A model generated the notes under the pieces. That model saw only the letters and a program-made list of their open reading frames with translations. It did not search any database and was not told the DNA's origin. From positions 11,224,001 to 11,288,000 of the forward strand of contig NC_086101.1 in NCBI RefSeq assembly GCF_963921235.1: 64,000 nucleotides of DNA, in the 5' to 3' direction. Origin of the DNA: Mobula hypostoma (Eukaryota). A program made the translations under genes and the position numbers. This document shows positions 12,301-25,980 of the stretch, in pieces. Position 1 is the stretch's first letter; each line of letters starts with the position of its first letter.

Positions 12301-12646
12301 GGGTTCTGAGTTGGATGATCAGCCATGATCATAATAAATGGCGGTGCAGGCTCGAAAGCCTGGGCACAGGAGTACATTCAGCCAGAGACTCATTCCACCG
12401 AGATGCAACACAGAGCATCATAGGAAGTCATTCCTGCCTGCGGCCATCAAACATTACAACTCCTCCTTTGGAGGGTCAGACACCCTGAGCCAATAGGCTG
12501 GTCCTGGTCTTATTTCCTGGCATAATTTACATATTATTATTTAATTATTTATGGTTTTATATTGCTATATCTATACTCTATTCTTGGTTGGTGTAACTGA
12601 AAGGAAACCCAATTTCCCTTGGGATCATAAAGTATGACTATGACTA
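9331..12646 (+). mobile_element. Rex1/Babar-type LINE 3' portion split by a CR1 insertion (9331-9540 and 12359-12646)
   Basis: ESVVASAIMFAVVCWG...LDNVSHPL resumes after the CR1 as GHRSTFSQRLIPPRCNTEHHRKSFLP; tail ataaagtatgactatgacta. Confidence 0.85.
9541..12358 (+). mobile_element. CR1 LINE, near-complete ORF2 (APE endonuclease and RT), disabled
   Basis: ORFs 9439-10344 (ITETW, GDFN, SDH), 10631-11899 (YLDFQKAFD, FADD) and 11926-12309; stop at 10342, short deletion near 10615, frameshift near 11897. Confidence 0.97.
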
Positions 12647-13071
12647 ATTCCCTTTATTCCATCGCGATACAGATACATGTGACTTATGCTTCTCCCGCTC
12701 AAATTACAATATGAATTCCCTTTATTTTGGGCAGTTGGTGGGCAGTAAATGTTGGCGCTGCTACTGGTGACCATAGTCCGTAAACAAATTCTTGTCCCTG
12801 TTCCAGCCAAGTTTCAGAATTTTCTCTGCTCTTCCTGCAGTACCAGTGTCCAGCAGCAGGTGGGGATCCTGCACCATCAAACAGCACAGACCTTTGGGCC
12901 GTCCGCCATCCTCATCATTTGGTTGAATCGCCACGACAATGAAATGAACTCGCTCCAATTAAATTTCTGCGAAACTCAGCATGTCAAGCAGTATCAGTGG
13001 AGACAAAGAGATGGCCGAGATCATGCTTCCAGAGGTAATTACACTGCACTGCCGGTGTCCAGCATCTGCAA

Positions 13072-13790
13072 AGATTCAAAGTAATTTTATTATCAAAATA
13101 TGTTGCAGTATACGATCCTGGCGTTCGTCGTCCCGCGGGCAGCCACGAAACTAACACCATGGAATCCATTCAAAGAAAATATCAAACGCCCAACGTTTGT
13201 TAAAAAGAACAAATTACACAAACGGTATAAAAATCTGAGTGAAAAACACACAATATTGAATATCAAACTGCAGAATCATTGAAACGGTCCAGGAATGCTC
13301 AGTTCAGTTTAATTTAACACTTATTCGTTCGCTGACGGCAGGTGGCAGAGCCAGTCCGCGTCGAAGAGCCCCCATGAAAATCACGGAAAATAGCAATTAA
13401 AGAGTAACCATAAACCAGAAAGACATGTAACACGACCGGCAGAGTCCTCTGAAAACGAGTCCAATCACAAGTGGCGCCAATCAAATATTGCCTAAGCCAC
13501 AAAACTCTTCAACTTCCTCCGCTCTTGTCCTTAGCGATTTCAATCTTGCTAGACTATTTACTGTCGAGGTCGGCGAGTAATGGAGCTCAACTTGGGTTTG
13601 CCTCCGCCATTAGGCCGCAGATTCCGCTCGCAACCTTGCACTCAACACGAAGCCTTTTGGATTCGGGGAACTAACAACGGTGAACAAGAGAAAGAAAATA
13701 AAACTTAGTTCTTTGTATCATGTGTACATGACATCTGAAAGCATGTCGTGAAAGGCGTTGTCTTGTATCAAAAAACAACGCAGTCTGTCC
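13072..13790 (-). repeat. Unclassified non-autonomous retroposon-like repeat
   Basis: Minus strand ends with an ...ataataaaattactttgaatc tail like Rex-type 3' ends; no ORF. Inference only. Confidence 0.3.
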
Positions 13791-14169
13791 GAGGATTGTG
13801 CTGGTATCAGCCTGCATGTGTTGCCACACTTTCGGCGCCAAAATAGCATGTCCACATCTCTCTAAGCTCAACCACACCTCTCTGCAATATGTGAGGAAAC
13901 AGAGCACTCGGTGTGAATCAGATAATCGAACTCCTGTCGATGCTGTAAAGCCATTGCTCTAACGCTCACAACTGTCATAAATAGAGGGAGAACATAAGAT
14001 TTCCTTAGGGATCTTTTCCTCCATTTTCTGCAGGATCACTCTCTATGTCACTCCCTTGTTCATTCATCCCAACAACTTCCCTTCCAGCATTTATCCGTGC
14101 AAGCAGTATAATTGCCACACCTGTCCCTGTGTTTCCTCCCTCAGCACCATACAGGTACCCAAACGGTTC

Positions 14170-14590
14170 CTTGGAAGATCCATTGAATAGGTTAGGACTT
14201 TATTTATTTGAACATAGAAGATTGATACAGGTATACAAAATTATGCGGGTATCGTTAGGGCAAACGTCAGCATCTTTTTTTCAACTGAGGCAAGGTGAGA
14301 CTACAACCAGAGGTCGTAAGTTTAGAGGGAAAGTTGAAATGTTAAAGGGGAACATGAGGGAAAACTTCTTCACTCCGTGGGTCTCAGAGATTGGAATGAG
14401 CTGCTAGCACAAGTGGTGCATGTGTGCTTGATTTCAACATTAAAATGAAGTTTGGACAGGTACATGGATAGTAGGGCTATAGAGGACTATGGTCCCAATT
14501 CAGGATGTTGGGAGTAGGCAATTTAAATGGTTTGGCATGGTCTAGACGTACTGATGGACCTGTTTTGGTGCTGTACTCCATGACTCAAAC
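14170..14590 (+). mobile_element. Degraded CR1 3' end, flanked by short Penelope fragments (about 14020-14170 and 14600-14820)
   Basis: LNRLGLY, IQVYKIM and NMRENFFT motifs in ORF 14045-14407. Confidence 0.7.
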
Positions 14591-15498
14591 TGTCCTTACA
14601 ACTGAGCCGATACTTCACCAGCGAGTCTGTCGATGTCTGCCCCTATATCCTGTGTCCCCACCCCACGTCGGTTAGATCCAACATTGATTGGGTGAAGCTT
14701 TGTCGAGTACCTTCCCTTCATCAGCCACGAAAGGCAGGATTTTCCAGTGGCCACCATTTCAAATCGACTCCCCATCCCCATTCCCATGGCCTTCAATACT
14801 GCCATAATCAGCACACACTAAGATCATAGAAACATAGAAAACCTACAGCACAATACAGGTCCTTCGGCCCACAAAGCTGTGCCCAACATGTCCTTACCTG
14901 AGAACTACCTAGGTTTACCCATAGCCCCCTATTTTTCTAAGCTCCATGTACCTATCCAGAGGCTCTTAAAAGACCCTATCGTTTCCGCCTCCACCACCGC
15001 CGCCGGCAGCCCATTCCACGCACTCACCACTCTCTGAGTAAAAAACTTACACCTGACAAATCCTCTGTACCTGCTTCCAAGCACCTTAAAACTGTGCCCT
15101 CTCATGCTTGCCATTTCAGCCCTGGGAAATGGCTGCTAAATGTCCAAATGATCAATGCCTCTCATTATCTTGTACACCTCTTTCAGGTCACCTCTCATCC
15201 TCCGTCACTCCAAGGAGAAAAGACCGAGTTCACGCAACCTATTCTCATAAGGCATGCTCCCCAAACCAGGTAATACCCTTATACATTTCCTCTTCACACT
15301 TTCTATGGTTTCCACGTTTTTCCTGTAGTGAGGTAAACAGAAATCAGCACAGTACTCCAAGTGGGGTCTGACCAGGGTCCTATATAGCTGCAACATTACC
15401 TCTCAGCTCTTAAACTCAGTTTCGTGGTTGACGAAGGCCAATACACCATATGCCTTCTTAACCACAGAGTCAACCTGCGTAGCAGCTTTGAGTGTCCT

Positions 15499-16362
15499 TG
15501 TCATGGTTCGGTCCATGAAGTCCGCTTTCCTGTTCACGATCTGGTCCATCGACCCTTGCTCCAGGTTTTCCTGTCTACCCTGTTTCTGTTCCTGTTGAGC
15601 ACTAATTGAGGCAGCTGATTCTCGTTGGGGTTGGCTGCATAAATACCTCCAGAGACCAGGGCGTGGCTGCTGGATTGTTCTTGTCCTTACTCCTTGTATC
15701 CCTTCCCCTGCCTTCTGTTTCCTTCCCTGAAGCCTTGCCTTGTCTTGCCGGTAACTCTCTCTTTGCCTCGCCTGAAGTTCTTGTCTTGAAGCCACACTGT
15801 ATCTAGGTCCCTTCCTGTCCCTTGCCTCTGTCAGGTAAGCCAGGCCTGATTGCCGTTACCCTGCGGTGAGTCCTGTCCCTTCCTGTCCCTTGTCTCCATC
15901 GGGTAGCCCAGGCCAGATTGCCATTAGCCTGCGGTGGGTCCTGTCCCATCCTGTTCCTCACCTCAAGTCTCTAGCCAAGCCTCACCTCGAATCTCTAGCT
16001 AAGCCTTGCCTCAAGTCTCCAGCCTTGCCTCGTCTCTGGTCTCCGGACTTGCCTCACCTCTGGTCTCCAGCCTTGCTTCGCCTCAAGCCTGAAGACTCCA
16101 GCCTCGTCCTGCCTGCCAGCCAAGTCACGTCCTTGCCTAGTTCTAGGGTCCGAGCCAGAGGCAAGACCCAGGTTCTGGGTCCTTGTCCAGTCTCTGGATC
16201 AGAGTCCAAGCCCGGGCTCCTAGCTCTCTTGTCCAGTCCTGTTCTGGGTTCCCGGTTTTCGTGTCCATGTCCTAGCCCTCACCCTGTATCCTAGTCCTGT
16301 TCCTAGTACTTCAGTGTCTGTGTCTTGCACTTGGGTCCATCCTCAGCCATCACCTTATGACA
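15499..16362 (+). mobile_element. Solo LTR related to the 5048 family
   Basis: TGTCATGG...ATGACA; 5-bp TSD GTCCT (15494-15498 and 16363-16367); shares the 3' motif cttcagtgtctgtgtcttgca.ttgggtcc. Confidence 0.92.
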
Positions 16363-17892
16363 GTCCTATGGACTCGGACACCAAGGTCCCTCTGATCCTC
16401 CACACTGCCTAGAGTCTTACCATTAATGCTATGTTCTGCCATCATATATGAACTACCAAAATGAACCACCTCACAGTTATCTGCGCTGATCTCCATCTGC
16501 CACTTCTTTGTCCTGTTTTGCATCCTATCAATGTTCTGCTATAACCTCTGACAGCCCTCCAAACTATCCACAACACGCCCAAGCTTTGTGTCATCAGCAA
16601 ACTTACTAACCCATCCCTCCACTTCCTCATCCAGGTCATTTATAAAAATTACTAAGAGTAGGGGTCCCAGAACAGATCTCTGAGATACACCACTGGTAAC
16701 CAACCTCCATGCAGATCATGACCCATCTACAACCACTCTTTACCTTCTGTGGGCAAGCCAGTTCTGGATCCGCAAAGCAAAGTCCCCTTGGATCCCATGC
16801 CTCTTTACTTTCATAATAAGTCTTGCATGGGGTACCCTATCAAATGCTTTGCTGAAATCCATATACACTACATCGACAGCTCTACCTTCATCAATGTGTT
16901 TTGTCACATCCTCAAAAAATTCAATCAGGCTCATAAGGCACAACCTGTCTTTGGCAAAGCCATGCTGACTATTCCTAATCATATTATGCCTCTCCAAATG
17001 TTTACAAATCCTGCCTCTCAGGATATTCTTCATTAAAATTACCAACCACTGAAGTAAGACTCATTGGTCTATAATTTTCTGGGCTATTTCTACACCCTTT
17101 CTTGAATAAGGGAACAGCATCCGCACCCTCCAATCCACTGAAACTTCACCTTTGATAATCCAAAGATCATCACCAGAGTCTCAGCGATCTCCTCACTCGC
17201 TTCCCAAAGTAGCCTGGGTACATGCCATCGGTCCTGGTGAATTATCCAACATGATGCTTTCAAAAAGCTCCAGCACATCCTCTTCCTTAATACCTACATG
17301 CTCAAGCTTTTCAGTCCACTGTAAGTCATCCCTACAATAGCCAAGGTCCTTTTCCGTAGTGCATACTGAAGCAAAGTATTGATTAATTACCTCTTCTATC
17401 TCCTCCGGTTCCATACACACTTTTCCACTGTCACACTTGCTTGGTCCTATCCTCTCACTTCTTATCCTCTTGCTCTTCACATACTTGTAGAATGCCTTGG
17501 GGTTTTCCTTAATCCTGTCCGCCAAGGCCTTCTCATGGCTCCTTCTGGCTCTCCTAATTTCATTCTTAAGCTCCTTCCTGCTCACCTTATAATCTTCGAG
17601 ATCTCTATCATTACCTAGTTTTTTGGCCCTTTCGTAAGCTCTTTTCCTCTTGACTAGATTTACCATAACCTTTGTACACCACGGTTCCTGCAACCTACCT
17701 TCCTTTCCCTGTCTTATTGGAAAGTACCTATGCAAAACCCCACGCAATTATTCCCTGAACATTTGCCACATTTCTTCCACGTTTCCCTGAGAACATCTGT
17801 TTCCAGTTTATGCTTCCAAGTTCCTGCCTGATAGCCTCATATTTCCCCTTACTCCAATTAAACATTTCCTTAACTTGTCTGTTCCTATCCCT

Positions 17893-18552
17893 ATAAAGTT
17901 GGACTTCACCTAAACGCTAAAAAGACAGAGTACATGGCGTTTAACTGCAACGAAGGTACTCTCAAGACCATAGAGAATGATACCATTAAGAAAGTCTTTG
18001 ACTACAAGTACCTCGGGTCAAGAATGATGAATTAGGAGAAGGACATTAAGATACGGAAGGCGCTGGTGTGGAGGGCTATGAACGACATGAAGGAAATCCG
18101 TAGGTGGAACCTGACCAGAGGGCTTAAAAAGAGGATTTTCATAGCAGTCATACAGTCCATTCTCACGTACGGATGTGAGACGTGGACACTCACCAAGATG
18201 ATGCGAAAGTCTCTGGATGGTTGCTATACACAAATGCTCCGGATGGCTCTTGACGTGAGCTGAAAACAGCACATAACAACCTACCGATGCTCACCACTAA
18301 AATCGAGGCGAGAAGACTGCAACTAGCCTCCGCCACCCCGAGCTACCTGCCAGCCTAGTCATCATATGGGAGCCCAAGCACGGGAGGATGAACCCTGGGC
18401 GTCCTCTCAAGACTATGGTCAACACACTCCTAGAAGACAGCGGCGCGGCTAATGTAAATGAACTGAACACACTGATGAGGGAGAGAGAGAAGTGGAGAGT
18501 CCATCATCGTGCCCGACACCAGCCCCCTAGGTCTGAGTCGACGTAGTAATAG
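17893..18552 (+). mobile_element. RTE-clade LINE 3' fragment
   Basis: KVGLHLNAKKTEYM, DYKYLGS and SILTYGCETWTLTK motifs; (TAG)-like tail; 10-bp TSD tcctatccct / tcctaaccct. Confidence 0.85.
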
Positions 18553-18709
18553 TCCTAACCCTCTCCAATGCTGGGGTAAAGGAGATAGAATTGTGATTAC
18601 TGTCTCCAAAATGCTCTCCCACTGAGAGGTCTGACACCTGACCAGGTTCATTTCCCTATACCAGATCAAGTACAGCCTCCCCTCTTGCAGGCTTAGCTAC
18701 ATATTATTT

Positions 18710-21700
18710 TGTCACGTACCCCGTGACAGGAATAAAGAACCAGCAGAGATGGAAAACACTTTGGAGTCTCGTATTGCTGTAAACTAATAATATTTATTAG
18801 TAACTACGCAATAGAGTAATGTAAATGTAGATAAATCAAACAGGTTAGCAATGATTATATATATAAGTAAGTAAATCAGTAAGTGTGGAAATATATGAAA
18901 ACCAAGCTTCTTCAAGTCTAGGGGTAAAAAGATACAGTCTTACGTTGATAAGTAAAGTTCATTTCAGTTCAGTTCGGGGTATTGAGTTGAGAGATGATGG
19001 AGAGAGAGAGAGAGAGAGAGAGATTTGAGTCTTCAGGTGAGCTGACGCCGTCGATTTTCTCGTTGTCCTCCGAAATCTTTTTAAAGTCACTGACTGTGAC
19101 TTCAAAAAAGGGGACCGGTTTTCTGTGGTGGAGCTATCACCCAGGCAAGGGTGGACACATGGACAACTCCCCACCGGTCACTCCGTTTTCTCACTGCAAG
19201 AGCAATTGATCTATCCGCCTGATCGATCCTCAAAAAACCCACTTTTTCCTGTGGGCGCAACAAAGCTCATTCAGTGTCCAAAACATGTGCCTGAGGTCTA
19301 TATCATCTGATCTTCTATTTTATCTTCCCGTGCTGAGCACCAACTGTCTCTCAAATAACTCCGCCCATCTCTGTCTGTGGAAGAATACAAGCAGGCAATG
19401 TCCTTGAAGAAAGTATAAACAACCTGTGAGCAGTCTTCGTCTCTCTCTCTCTCTCTTTTCAAAAGCACAGTTCATAGGGGTAATTCAGGACCCCGTCACT
19501 CCCCCTTCAGAAAAAACAATTTTTTGACGAAGGCAAAAAATGTTTTTAGTTGAAATGTAAGTTACAGAGTTTGAAACAATACATGTATGATCATCAGATG
19601 ACAGAGCAAAAAGTGTACAAATTCCAATTTAACATCTGGATAAATAATCAACTATAATATTGTCAGTATCTTTCACATGTTTGATTGTCACATCAAATTG
19701 TTGCAATATCAGACTCCAATTTAACAACCTTCTTTTCTTATCCTTCATCTTAGTGAGAAACACCGACGGATTATAATCCATGTAAACCACAGGTGGTCTA
19801 TGAGCAACAGAGAAATTCTGAGGTCTCTGAACATAGACCTTAAAATGTTGTAAGGCCAGAATAAGTGCTAGTAATTCCTTTTCAACAATTGAATATTTTT
19901 TCCAGTGCACATTAAATTTCTTTAAGAAATAAGCTACTGGATATTCAATGTCATCCACTCCCTTCTGTAACAGTACTGCACCAGCAGTTTCATCACTCGC
20001 GTCTGTTGCTATAGAAAATGGCTTGGAAAAATCAGGTGCTTTGATCACAGGATAATAACACAGGATGGTTTTCAGGTGTTCAAATGCCTCCTGGCAAAGG
20101 TCATTTCATACAAATCTTTTACTCTTCCCTTTGAGTTTTGTTAGGGGGAGAGCGAAGTCAGCAAAGTTCTTACTAAACTTATGATAATACCCATCCATTC
20201 CTAAAAAACCTTCTCAAAGCTTTCTTGCTGGGTGGAACAGGAACCTCAGCAATAGCTTGAACCTTGGCCTGTACAGGAGCCAGTTGGCCTTGGCCTACTA
20301 CATAGCCAAGATAAATAACAGTAGCATGATCAAACTCACTTTTAGCCAGGTCCACAGTAAGATTGGCCTTGGAAAGTCTGTCAAACAGTTTTTCTACCGC
20401 TGCAATATGCTCTTCCCACATGTCATTCCAGACCACTAAATCATTGATATAAGTCCCTGTGTTTTCTAAACCTCTAATCACAGAATTGATCATTCTTTGA
20501 AGTGTCCCTGGAGCATTTTTCATCCCGAAGGGTAAAACATTGTATTCATACAGTCTAGATGGTGTCACAAATGCTGATCTCTCTTTAGCCCTCTCTGTCA
20601 AAGGAACACCCCAGTATCCTTTTAACAAGTCAATCTTTGTAAGGTATTTAGCCTTCCCCACTCTATCAATACAGTCATCCATTCTCTTTCCTTGTTCTTT
20701 CTGGTTTCTAATTTCTTCTCCAACCATTTTACTTTTCTCAAAGTTCTCTCTGTGAAGATGCTGTTTCATGGGCTGGGCTGTATTTATAATGACGTGATGC
20801 ACTGCACCTGGGCACCGCTTCAAAATGCCAATTAGTCCTTTCACTTGTTTTTGTGGTTTAGGGTCCAACTGATGGACCTTATCAGTAATAATTTTCAAAA
20901 CAATGGAACTCTGACATCTTGGTGAGACTAGATTCAGTGGGTAAACATGTTTTTTCATCCCATTATCAGATTCCATGACTCCATTTTGTTTCATAACAAT
21001 TCTCCCAGCTGAAATTCTAACGAACAAGTGTTTTATTTTAATTCGACCATTCTGTAAACTTCCCTTTGCAAGGACACAAAACTTATTAAATCCCTTCCAG
21101 AATTCTAAAACATAATTGAGCACACTAACACATGTTTCCAAATCAGATCATAGTTCTCTGAGTGGGGTCAAAGGTCCTTTTGGCCTGTAACTGAACACAG
21201 GTTCCAACAGACTACCCTCCAATGGCTTTTGAATCGAATCTCCAACAATAAATAAGACGAGGAGAACCCCCCTCCTCCCAGTTTTTCCCATTTTTCACAC
21301 AATATGCTTTAATCATGGTCTTAAGAGTTGAGTTGAACCGTTCCAAGGCTCCCTTGGACTCTGTGGGATATGCAGATGACACCATGTACTTAGCTTCCAA
21401 TGCTCCAACTATCCCCTGGAATGTTCTCGAAGAAGAGTTACTGCCCTGGTCAAATTGAATTTCTTTGGGCAGACCTACCAGTGTGTAAAACTTACTGACT
21501 GCTGTTACCACAGTCTTTGCCTCGGTGTTTTCAAAAGACACTGCTTCAGGGTACCTAGACACAGCATACACAATTGTTAACACGTACTGATAACCAGCTG
21601 CAGTCTTTGGCAATGGGCCTACACAATCCACTATGACCCTAGGAAAAGGTTCATCAAAAGCAGGTATCAGTTTAAGTAGTGTGACTTGAATAACCTGATT

Positions 21701-24188
21701 AGATTTCCCCTCAACTTGACAGGGATGGCCAGGCCTCCAAAAATTCACAACATCCTTTCCTAAACTAGGCCAATAAAATTCCTTCCTAATCCTGTTCACT
21801 GTCTTTCTCACTCCATGAGGTCCACCTAAAGGCACACAGTAAGCCATATTTAAAATTTCAGCCCTGTAAACTTTTGGAACCACCACGTGATGTTCAATAA
21901 CCCAATTCTCACTTGCAAGCACAGTGACTGGTCTCCACTTCCTCATCAGCACCCCAACCTTAAGGTAATATCTCACTGACTCTCTCTGAACCTCCTCTCC
22001 TGTGAGAGCTATCTCCTTTAAAGCCACCATTTCAGAATCTCACTTCTGTTCCTTTGTAAATTCCTTCTTCCATAAGGACAAACCTTCCTCATACACCTTA
22101 CTCTCATCAGCCTTACTACTCTCTAAGTCCTGCTGAAATCTAGAAGGTAGAAAAGTCTGTGACACATCCTCATAATTGAAACCTCTGGTCTTGCTATGAT
22201 AGGTCTCAGCCTCAGCTTTGCTCATTAGTTGAACAGCTATATCAACCTTATCTTGGAGAGGTGTCAACATTTCTCCATTGGTTACTAAACTTAGCACCAT
22301 CACCAGGCTTATAAAAACCATGTATACAATATGGAAGAGACCAAACAATTCGTTCATCTGATTACAACCTTCACTTCGACTTATTTCCATAACATCACAC
22401 TGAATAACAGCATGACCTTGCAGGTGCTTACTTCCAAATGTCCAGACAAAATTCAATAAAGTAGCACATCCTTTCCCAGCAGGTCTTTGTCCTGCAAGCA
22501 GGGTCAAAGGTCGCGCAACCAATCCAAACTTTCCCAGCACTTTATCCAAAAGTCCAGGAACAGCACTCTTCCCATTACTTCCATTAGAACATACCTCACC
22601 AATTTTCACATCATCACTAACTTTTAAAACACTGTCTAATACAAGTGACTGAGAATCCTCACATTCCACTGGTTCCAAGGCTAACCCCTTATTCACTGAA
22701 CCAAGATCATCTGACACAAAAATGCATTCCTTTTCAACCAAGTCAGACACCGCAGACTAACTGAGCTTCAACACAAGCTTCAGAACTCTGTGAATTCACA
22801 GGTACTTCAACCACCTGAACACATTCAATCGGGACAGCTGCCCCTTCTGGGCTGTCATCACTTGTCCCAGTTTCAAACTCAAGGTCACCCCGAACCTCCC
22901 AGCTATTCTCTGGCAAACTTTCATCTGGAGTAAACTCAAGCCCGTGGGTTAAAACAGCTTCGACTGTTTTCTTAGCAGACCTCCGCAAGGTAGCGGCATC
23001 CTCTGCATCTGGGTATGCCCTTACACCATCAAGAACACACCTTTTAAATTCATCACACAAAGCAAGCCCTTCCGAGCTGCAAAAATCATCAGGGTCTGAC
23101 ACTAAACCTGTCAGCTGCCACATCTTCCTTTTAAACTGCTTCTGTCTTTCTGCCTCTTCTCTCCATTTTGCTGCCTCTTCTCTCCATTTTGCTGCCTCTG
23201 CTCTCTGTTTTGCTGCCTCTGTGGCCTCTCTTGAACTGTTGTAATTTCAATTCATGCTGCCTTTGCTCTTCCTTTAATTTTTCCAACTGAAGTGTAAATT
23301 TACCTTCAGCAAACATTTCCCACACACTCTCTTCAAACATTCCCTTGAATATATATTGCTGTTGTGGCGACCCACTTTCTGGCGCACACGAACCGGCTCA
23401 CAACAGCGCACGCAGTCAGGGAGCCGGCCCCAAAAAGGGCGCCAGGCCATCTTCACCAGCAGGGGGGAAATCCCGCGCATGGAAAGGTTCTGGGAATATG
23501 CATTCCCCACAGCAATCGCACCCCAGGGAGGGCGGGAACGGGAAGGCTTTAAAGCAGGCCGCGAAGTTTGAATAAATCTCTTTCATCGCAACTCTGACTC
23601 ACCGACTCCGTGTGGTTATTCTAGCGCTGCGTGTAGCACATCGCTACACTGTGCTATTAACGCCTGTATTAACACCTTCCTCATTCTAAGGGTCACCATA
23701 AGGTTTAACTTTTGAGCAATTAGTAACAGCACAACCCTCGTAGCATCGTCCAACGCTTCCAGGGTTGGTTCCAACATAAACTTCTCAACACTAATATCCA
23801 TTTCTGCTGTATTTCCACACAACCAAATCAAAAGGATTTTCCCCAATCAATTCAAACAAGCCTCCCGACCAATTTGTGCATATCACGGACGCAGGCCCCA
23901 ATTTTATCACATACCCCGTGACGGGAATAAAGAACCAGCAGAGATAGAAAACACTTTGGAGTCCAGTACTGCTATTAACTAATAACTATTAGTAACTATG
24001 CAATACAGTAATATCAACGTAGATAGATCAAGCAGGTTAGCAATTATTTTATATATATAAGTAAGTAAATCAGTAAGTGTGGCAATATATGAAAACCATG
24101 CCTCTTCAAGTCTAGGGGTAAAAAGATACAGTCTTACGATGATAAGTAAGTTCATTTCAGTTCAGTTCGGGGTATTGAGTTGAGTAGT

Positions 24189-24226
<38 letters not shown>

Positions 24227-24784
24227 GGGGAGAGATTTGAGTCTTCCGGTGAGCTGACGCCGTCGATTTTCTCGTTGTCCTCCGAAATCTCTTAAACGTC
24301 ACCGACTGTGACTTCAACAAAGGGAACCGGTTTCCTGTGGTGGAGCTATCACCCAGGCAAGGGTGGACACATGGACAACTCCCCACCGGTCACTCCCTTT
24401 TCTCACTGCAAGAGCGATTGATCTATCCGCCTGATCGATCCCCCCAAAAAAACCTTTTTCCTGTGTGCACAACAAAGCTCATTCAGTGTCCAAAATATGT
24501 GCCTGAGGTCTATATCATCTGATCTTCTATTTTATCTTCCCGTGCTGAGCACCAACTGTCTCTCAAATAACTCTGCCCATCTCTGTCTGTGGAAGAATAC
24601 AAGCAGGCAATGTCCTTGAAGAAAATATAAACAACCTGTGAGCAGTCTTCGTCTCTCTCTCTCTCTCTTTTCAAACGCACACGTCTGTGTTAAATAACTC
24701 TCTCTCTCTCTCTTTCTTTTCAAAAGCACGGTTCATAGGGGTAATCGAGCACAGTTCATAGGGGTAATTCAGGACCCCGTCACA
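18710..24784 (-). mobile_element. Gmr1-like Ty3/Gypsy LTR retrotransposon, decayed, both LTRs present (23905-24784 and 18710-19499)
   Basis: Minus-strand order: gag (ATG near 23801), INT (21212-22030; VIVDCVGPLP, QFDQGSN, GALERFNSTLK), RT (20179-21141; PFGMKNAP, YINDL), RNase H (19629-20048; TDAS, EKELLA). PBS-like tggggcctgcgtccgtgat resembles the tRNA-Pro complement; PPT gaaggggga. Confidence 0.92.
23363..23648 (+). mobile_element. Short solo LTR (286 bp) inserted in the Gmr1-like gag
   Basis: TGTGGCGA...TCGCTACA termini, AATAAA at 23571, 4-bp TSD CTGT (23359-23362 and 23649-23652). Confidence 0.9.
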
Positions 24785-25980
24785 GTGTCAAGAAACCTTC
24801 CTGAACACACCTAACATTCTCCACCCCATCTAAACCTTCACTCTAGGGAGATGCCAATCAATAATTGGGAAATTAATGTTATTGTTGTACCTTTGCAGAA
24901 TTTGTCTGCCATTCTGCTCCTTGTTGTCCCTTTTACTATTGGGTGGTCTATAAAAAACACCGCGTAGAGTTATTGATCCCTTCCTATTCCTAATTTCTAT
25001 CCACAGAGAATTCGTAGACAACGCCTCCATGACTTCCTATTTTCTGCAGCCGTGACGCTATCTCTGATGAACAGTGCCGCACCCCCACCTCTTTTGCTGC
25101 CCGCCCTATCCTTTCTGAAACACCTAAAGCCTGGCACTCGAAGTCGCCATTCGTGCCCCTGCACAATCCAAGTCTCTGTAGTGGCCACAACATCATATCT
25201 CCAAGTGTTGATCCACGCTCTAAGCTCATCCGCTTTGCTCATAATACTCCTCGCATTAAAATAGACACATCTCAAACCTTCAGTCTGGGTGCATCCCTTC
25301 TCCATCACCTGCATCTCCTCTCTCTCTCACACTGTCTCCAAGCTTTCTCTATTTGTGAGCCAAACTCCCTTTCCCCCGTCACTTCAGTTCGGTTCCCACC
25401 CCTCAGCAATTCTAGTTTAAACTCTCCCCGATAGCTTTAGCAAACTTCCCGCCAGAATATTGGTCCCCCGGGATTCAAGTACAACCCGTCCTTTCTGTAC
25501 AGGTCACGAATGATCCAAATGATCTAGAAATCTGCATCCCCGCTCCCTGCTCCAATCCCTCAACCACGCATTTATCCTCTACCTAATTCTGTTCCTGTAC
25601 TCACTGTCACGTGGCACAGGCAGTAATCCCGAGATTACTACCTTTGAATTCCTGCTTCTCAACTTCCTTCCCAGCTCCCTGTAGTCTGTTTTCAGGACCG
25701 CCTCCCTTTTCCGACCAATGTTGTTGGTACCAATATGTACCACGATCTCTGGCTGTTCTCATTCCCACTTCAAGACATCTTGGACGGGATCAGAAACAAC
25801 CCGGACCTGGCACCTGGTAAGGAAACTACCATCCGCGTTTCTTTCCTGCATCCACTTGTCTCCGTTAATTCGCGACAGTGCCGGTGGACTGTAAGACCCG
25901 GGTTGCTCAGGAACCGCCGCACGCGGTTGCTGCTGAAGCCACGGTATTTTTGTTCCGTTAATCCTGTCATCCGATTGACT

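Larger units (their letters stand above)
14825..25850 (-). mobile_element. Long CR1 LINE (ORF1 remnant, ORF2, 3' tail) hosting nested insertions
   Basis: Collinear minus-strand pieces: 3' tail near 14825, RT 15205-17278, linker 17193-17892 and 18553-18709, endonuclease 24785-25314, ORF1 esterase-like 25420-25850. The CR1 sequence resumes after each insertion. Confidence 0.9.

Noticed and set aside
12761..12958. LLLDTG motif resembling a metallo-beta-lactamase
   Set aside because: No HxHxDH motif and no exon structure; the upstream part resembles repeat ends.
18700..24790. TSD for the Gmr1-like element
   Set aside because: The flanks read attt and gtgt, which do not match well enough to call.
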